Part shown: positions 30,735 through 32,000 of the stretch, one piece after another
How positions within the stretch are numbered: position 1 is the first letter of the stretch
Layout: the number at the start of each line of letters is the position of its first letter
Assembly (NCBI GenBank): GCA_041657425.1
Contig: JBBABY010000009.1
Span: 1 to 32,000 of the forward strand
DNA: 32,000 nucleotides
Direction: 5' to 3'
DNA from: an archaeon
GTDB lineage: Archaea > Iainarchaeota > Iainarchaeia > Iainarchaeales > CSSED10-239
Made by a program: the position numbers and the translations under genes
The notes under the pieces: model-generated
The model's input: only the letters and a program-made list of their open reading frames with translations
Told to the model about the DNA's origin: nothing
Database searches by the model: none

Positions 30735-32000
30735 TGGCTAACTGGAGTTACTTAGACGCCTATACTGGCTCACTGCCCGCTGCACAGCGGCAGCGCCTGC
30801 TTGACCTGCTATATGCAGATATCAAGACTGAGACCATTGGCAATATCACAGACTACGAAGCACAGCTTAACAAGCAGTTAGAGAAGATCGCTGGCAAGCT
30901 CCCAGCCCCTAAGTTCAAGCTCAGAAAGACCAATGAGAAGGGCATCACTAACTCCTATAACTATAATGATATGGAGACTAATGCCATAAGTGATCTGGGC
31001 CTACTCTATAAAGAGGCAGTCCTACTAAGCGAGGCCTCATCCAATCATAGTAATCTGTTGATTGGAAAGCTAGAGTCTATCGAGAGTGTCCTGGGGCGCC
31101 TTGAAAAGGAAGTAGATTCTCTTGAGGTTTTAGCCTCTAACACAGAGGGCTTTGTAACAAGTGTCTTCAATTCCTTTGAGGAAGGTAGTACTAACCGGCT
31201 AGAAAGATACCAGTCTCCTTCTATCTCTCCATTTACAATAGCCATTGTAGGCTTCATTAGTAATGAGTATGATGCCGTTACCGAAGGTGGTAGCTTACGC
31301 CTCCCTGTCAGCAACACTATCTCATATAGGCTTGAGGCAGCATCGCTTGAGAATCAGACTCCAGAAGCCAGCGGCGTTATCTCTACTAGCGAAGATACTC
31401 CTACAGAAGACAGAGAGTATGGTCTAGCTAAGCTCATAGATGCAAACACCTCGACCTATTGGGCAGAGACCGTAACCATTCCAACCCTAACAGCTCAATC
31501 GGCTACCGCAGATCTTGTAGTACTATTGGCAGGTGTGCAACAGCTTACACGTATTGTGGTTGAGCCCTTTACTAGATTCCCATATAAGATTACAGGGATC
31601 CGATACAAAGAGAACCGCGCTAGTGTTCAGGAGTTTGATGTCTACGATGACCCAGCAGAGAGATTCCCCATCTGGGTGTCAGGAAAGACCATCATCGAAT
31701 TCCCCACTATCGCCGCTGATCAGATCAGAATATCTATAGAGCAGCCTAACTACTCAAGACTACGCTATGTTGTCCCCAACACTAACAATACTGTTACTGA
31801 GCTCTTTGATCTAGCAACTGGTCAACAACTTGACATCAGCCCCGAGCTAGAAGAAGTAGACTCAGTATACTTTGCTATGACGCGCAACATGCGCAACCTA
31901 TTGAATATCAATAGGGACAAGTTAATGGACATCACGACAGTGGATACGTTCGAGTTCCTCTATGGCCTTAAGAGTCTAGCTGTAGCACAGCTTAACTATA
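30734..32000 (+). CDS. structural protein with coiled-coil N-terminal region and discoidin/F5-8 type C-like carbohydrate-binding domain (3' end beyond the window)
   Basis: This ORF is not in the supplied track because it has no stop in the window. I translated frame 2 from ATG 30734 by hand (MANWSYLDAYTGSLPAAQRQRLLDLLYADIK...) and found no stop through nt 31999 (422 codons). The TAATG overlap with the upstream gene suggests translational coupling. Confidence 0.65.
   Translation, partial: MANWSYLDAYTGSLPAAQRQRLLDLLYADIKTETIGNITDYEAQLNKQLEKIAGKLPAPKFKLRKTNEKGITNSYNYNDMETNAISDLGLLYKEAVLLSEASSNHSNLLIGKLESIESVLGRLEKEVDSLEVLASNTEGFVTSVFNSFEEGSTNRLERYQSPSISPFTIAIVGFISNEYDAVTEGGSLRLPVSNTISYRLEAASLENQTPEASGVISTSEDTPTEDREYGLAKLIDANTSTYWAETVTIPTLTAQSATADLVVLLAGVQQLTRIVVEPFTRFPYKITGIRYKENRASVQEFDVYDDPAERFPIWVSGKTIIEFPTIAADQIRISIEQPNYSRLRYVVPNTNNTVTELFDLATGQQLDISPELEEVDSVYFAMTRNMRNLLNINRDKLMDITTVDTFEFLYGLKSLAVAQLNY
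31415..31750 (+). other. galactose-binding-like (discoidin / F5-8 type C) domain candidate
   Basis: EYGLAKLIDANTSTYWAETVTIP...ADLVVLLAGVQQLTRIVVEPFTRFPYKITGIRYKE...IRISIEQPNY follows the l.DG...T.W.....(gap) l.vdLg....i..i.i......p..i..i.v pattern of this fold. Confidence 0.35.

Noticed and set aside
1-32000. Alternative genetic code (TAG or TGA reassignment), suggested by the exclusive use of TAA stops.
   Set aside because: ORFs of up to 2548 codons are uninterrupted under the standard code. No gene appears fragmented by in-frame TAG or TGA.
25671-32000. A diversity-generating retroelement (VR/TR repeat pair plus reverse transcriptase) near the fibre genes.
   Set aside because: There is no non-coding template-sized spacer and no RT-like ORF. 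I noticed no long direct repeat at the 3' ends of the fibre genes, although I could not do an exhaustive repeat search by eye.

Overview
The window is a densely packed, almost entirely plus-strand structural (tail, baseplate, fibre) operon of a tailed bacteriophage or prophage. I saw no rRNA, tRNA, CRISPR array, integrase or transposase. The gene order is as follows. (1) Two paralogous tube-like proteins. (2) Two paralogous chaperone-like genes. (3) Three consecutive giant ORFs of 1697, 1333 and 2548 aa, spanning nt 3265-20003 (about 52% of the window). (4) A Mu/P2-ordered baseplate block: V-like spike, gp25/W-like, J/gp6-like, I/XkdU-like. (5) A fibre or receptor-binding cluster that runs off the right edge. 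The only reverse-strand gene is a 232-aa secreted-protein moron between the two tube paralogs. It has its own near-consensus sigma70 promoter. Canonical GGAGG-type Shine-Dalgarno sites, that promoter and an embedded M15 peptidoglycan peptidase all point to a bacterial host with a murein wall. The most interesting observation concerns the 1333-aa ORF between the tape-measure-like and hub ORFs. It carries a paired NRxP...DxDGD signature with the spacing of the catalytic double-psi beta-barrel of two-barrel RNA polymerases (bacterial beta-prime, QDE-1-type RdRPs, YonO, crAss-like virion RNAP). This suggests an ejected virion RNA polymerase in a phage with a Mu/P2-type baseplate. Other notable points are listed below.
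- The baseplate hub domain appears split by a roughly 700-aa insertion that contains the M15 peptidase.
- Glycine-zipper membrane segments occur in all three giant proteins.
- A strong intrinsic-terminator hairpin lies between the chaperone paralogs, which seem to replace the usual G/GT frameshift.
- All 15 visible stop codons are TAA.
- CTAG is visibly enriched.
All functional calls come from reading motifs by eye plus gene order. No database search or structure prediction was run.
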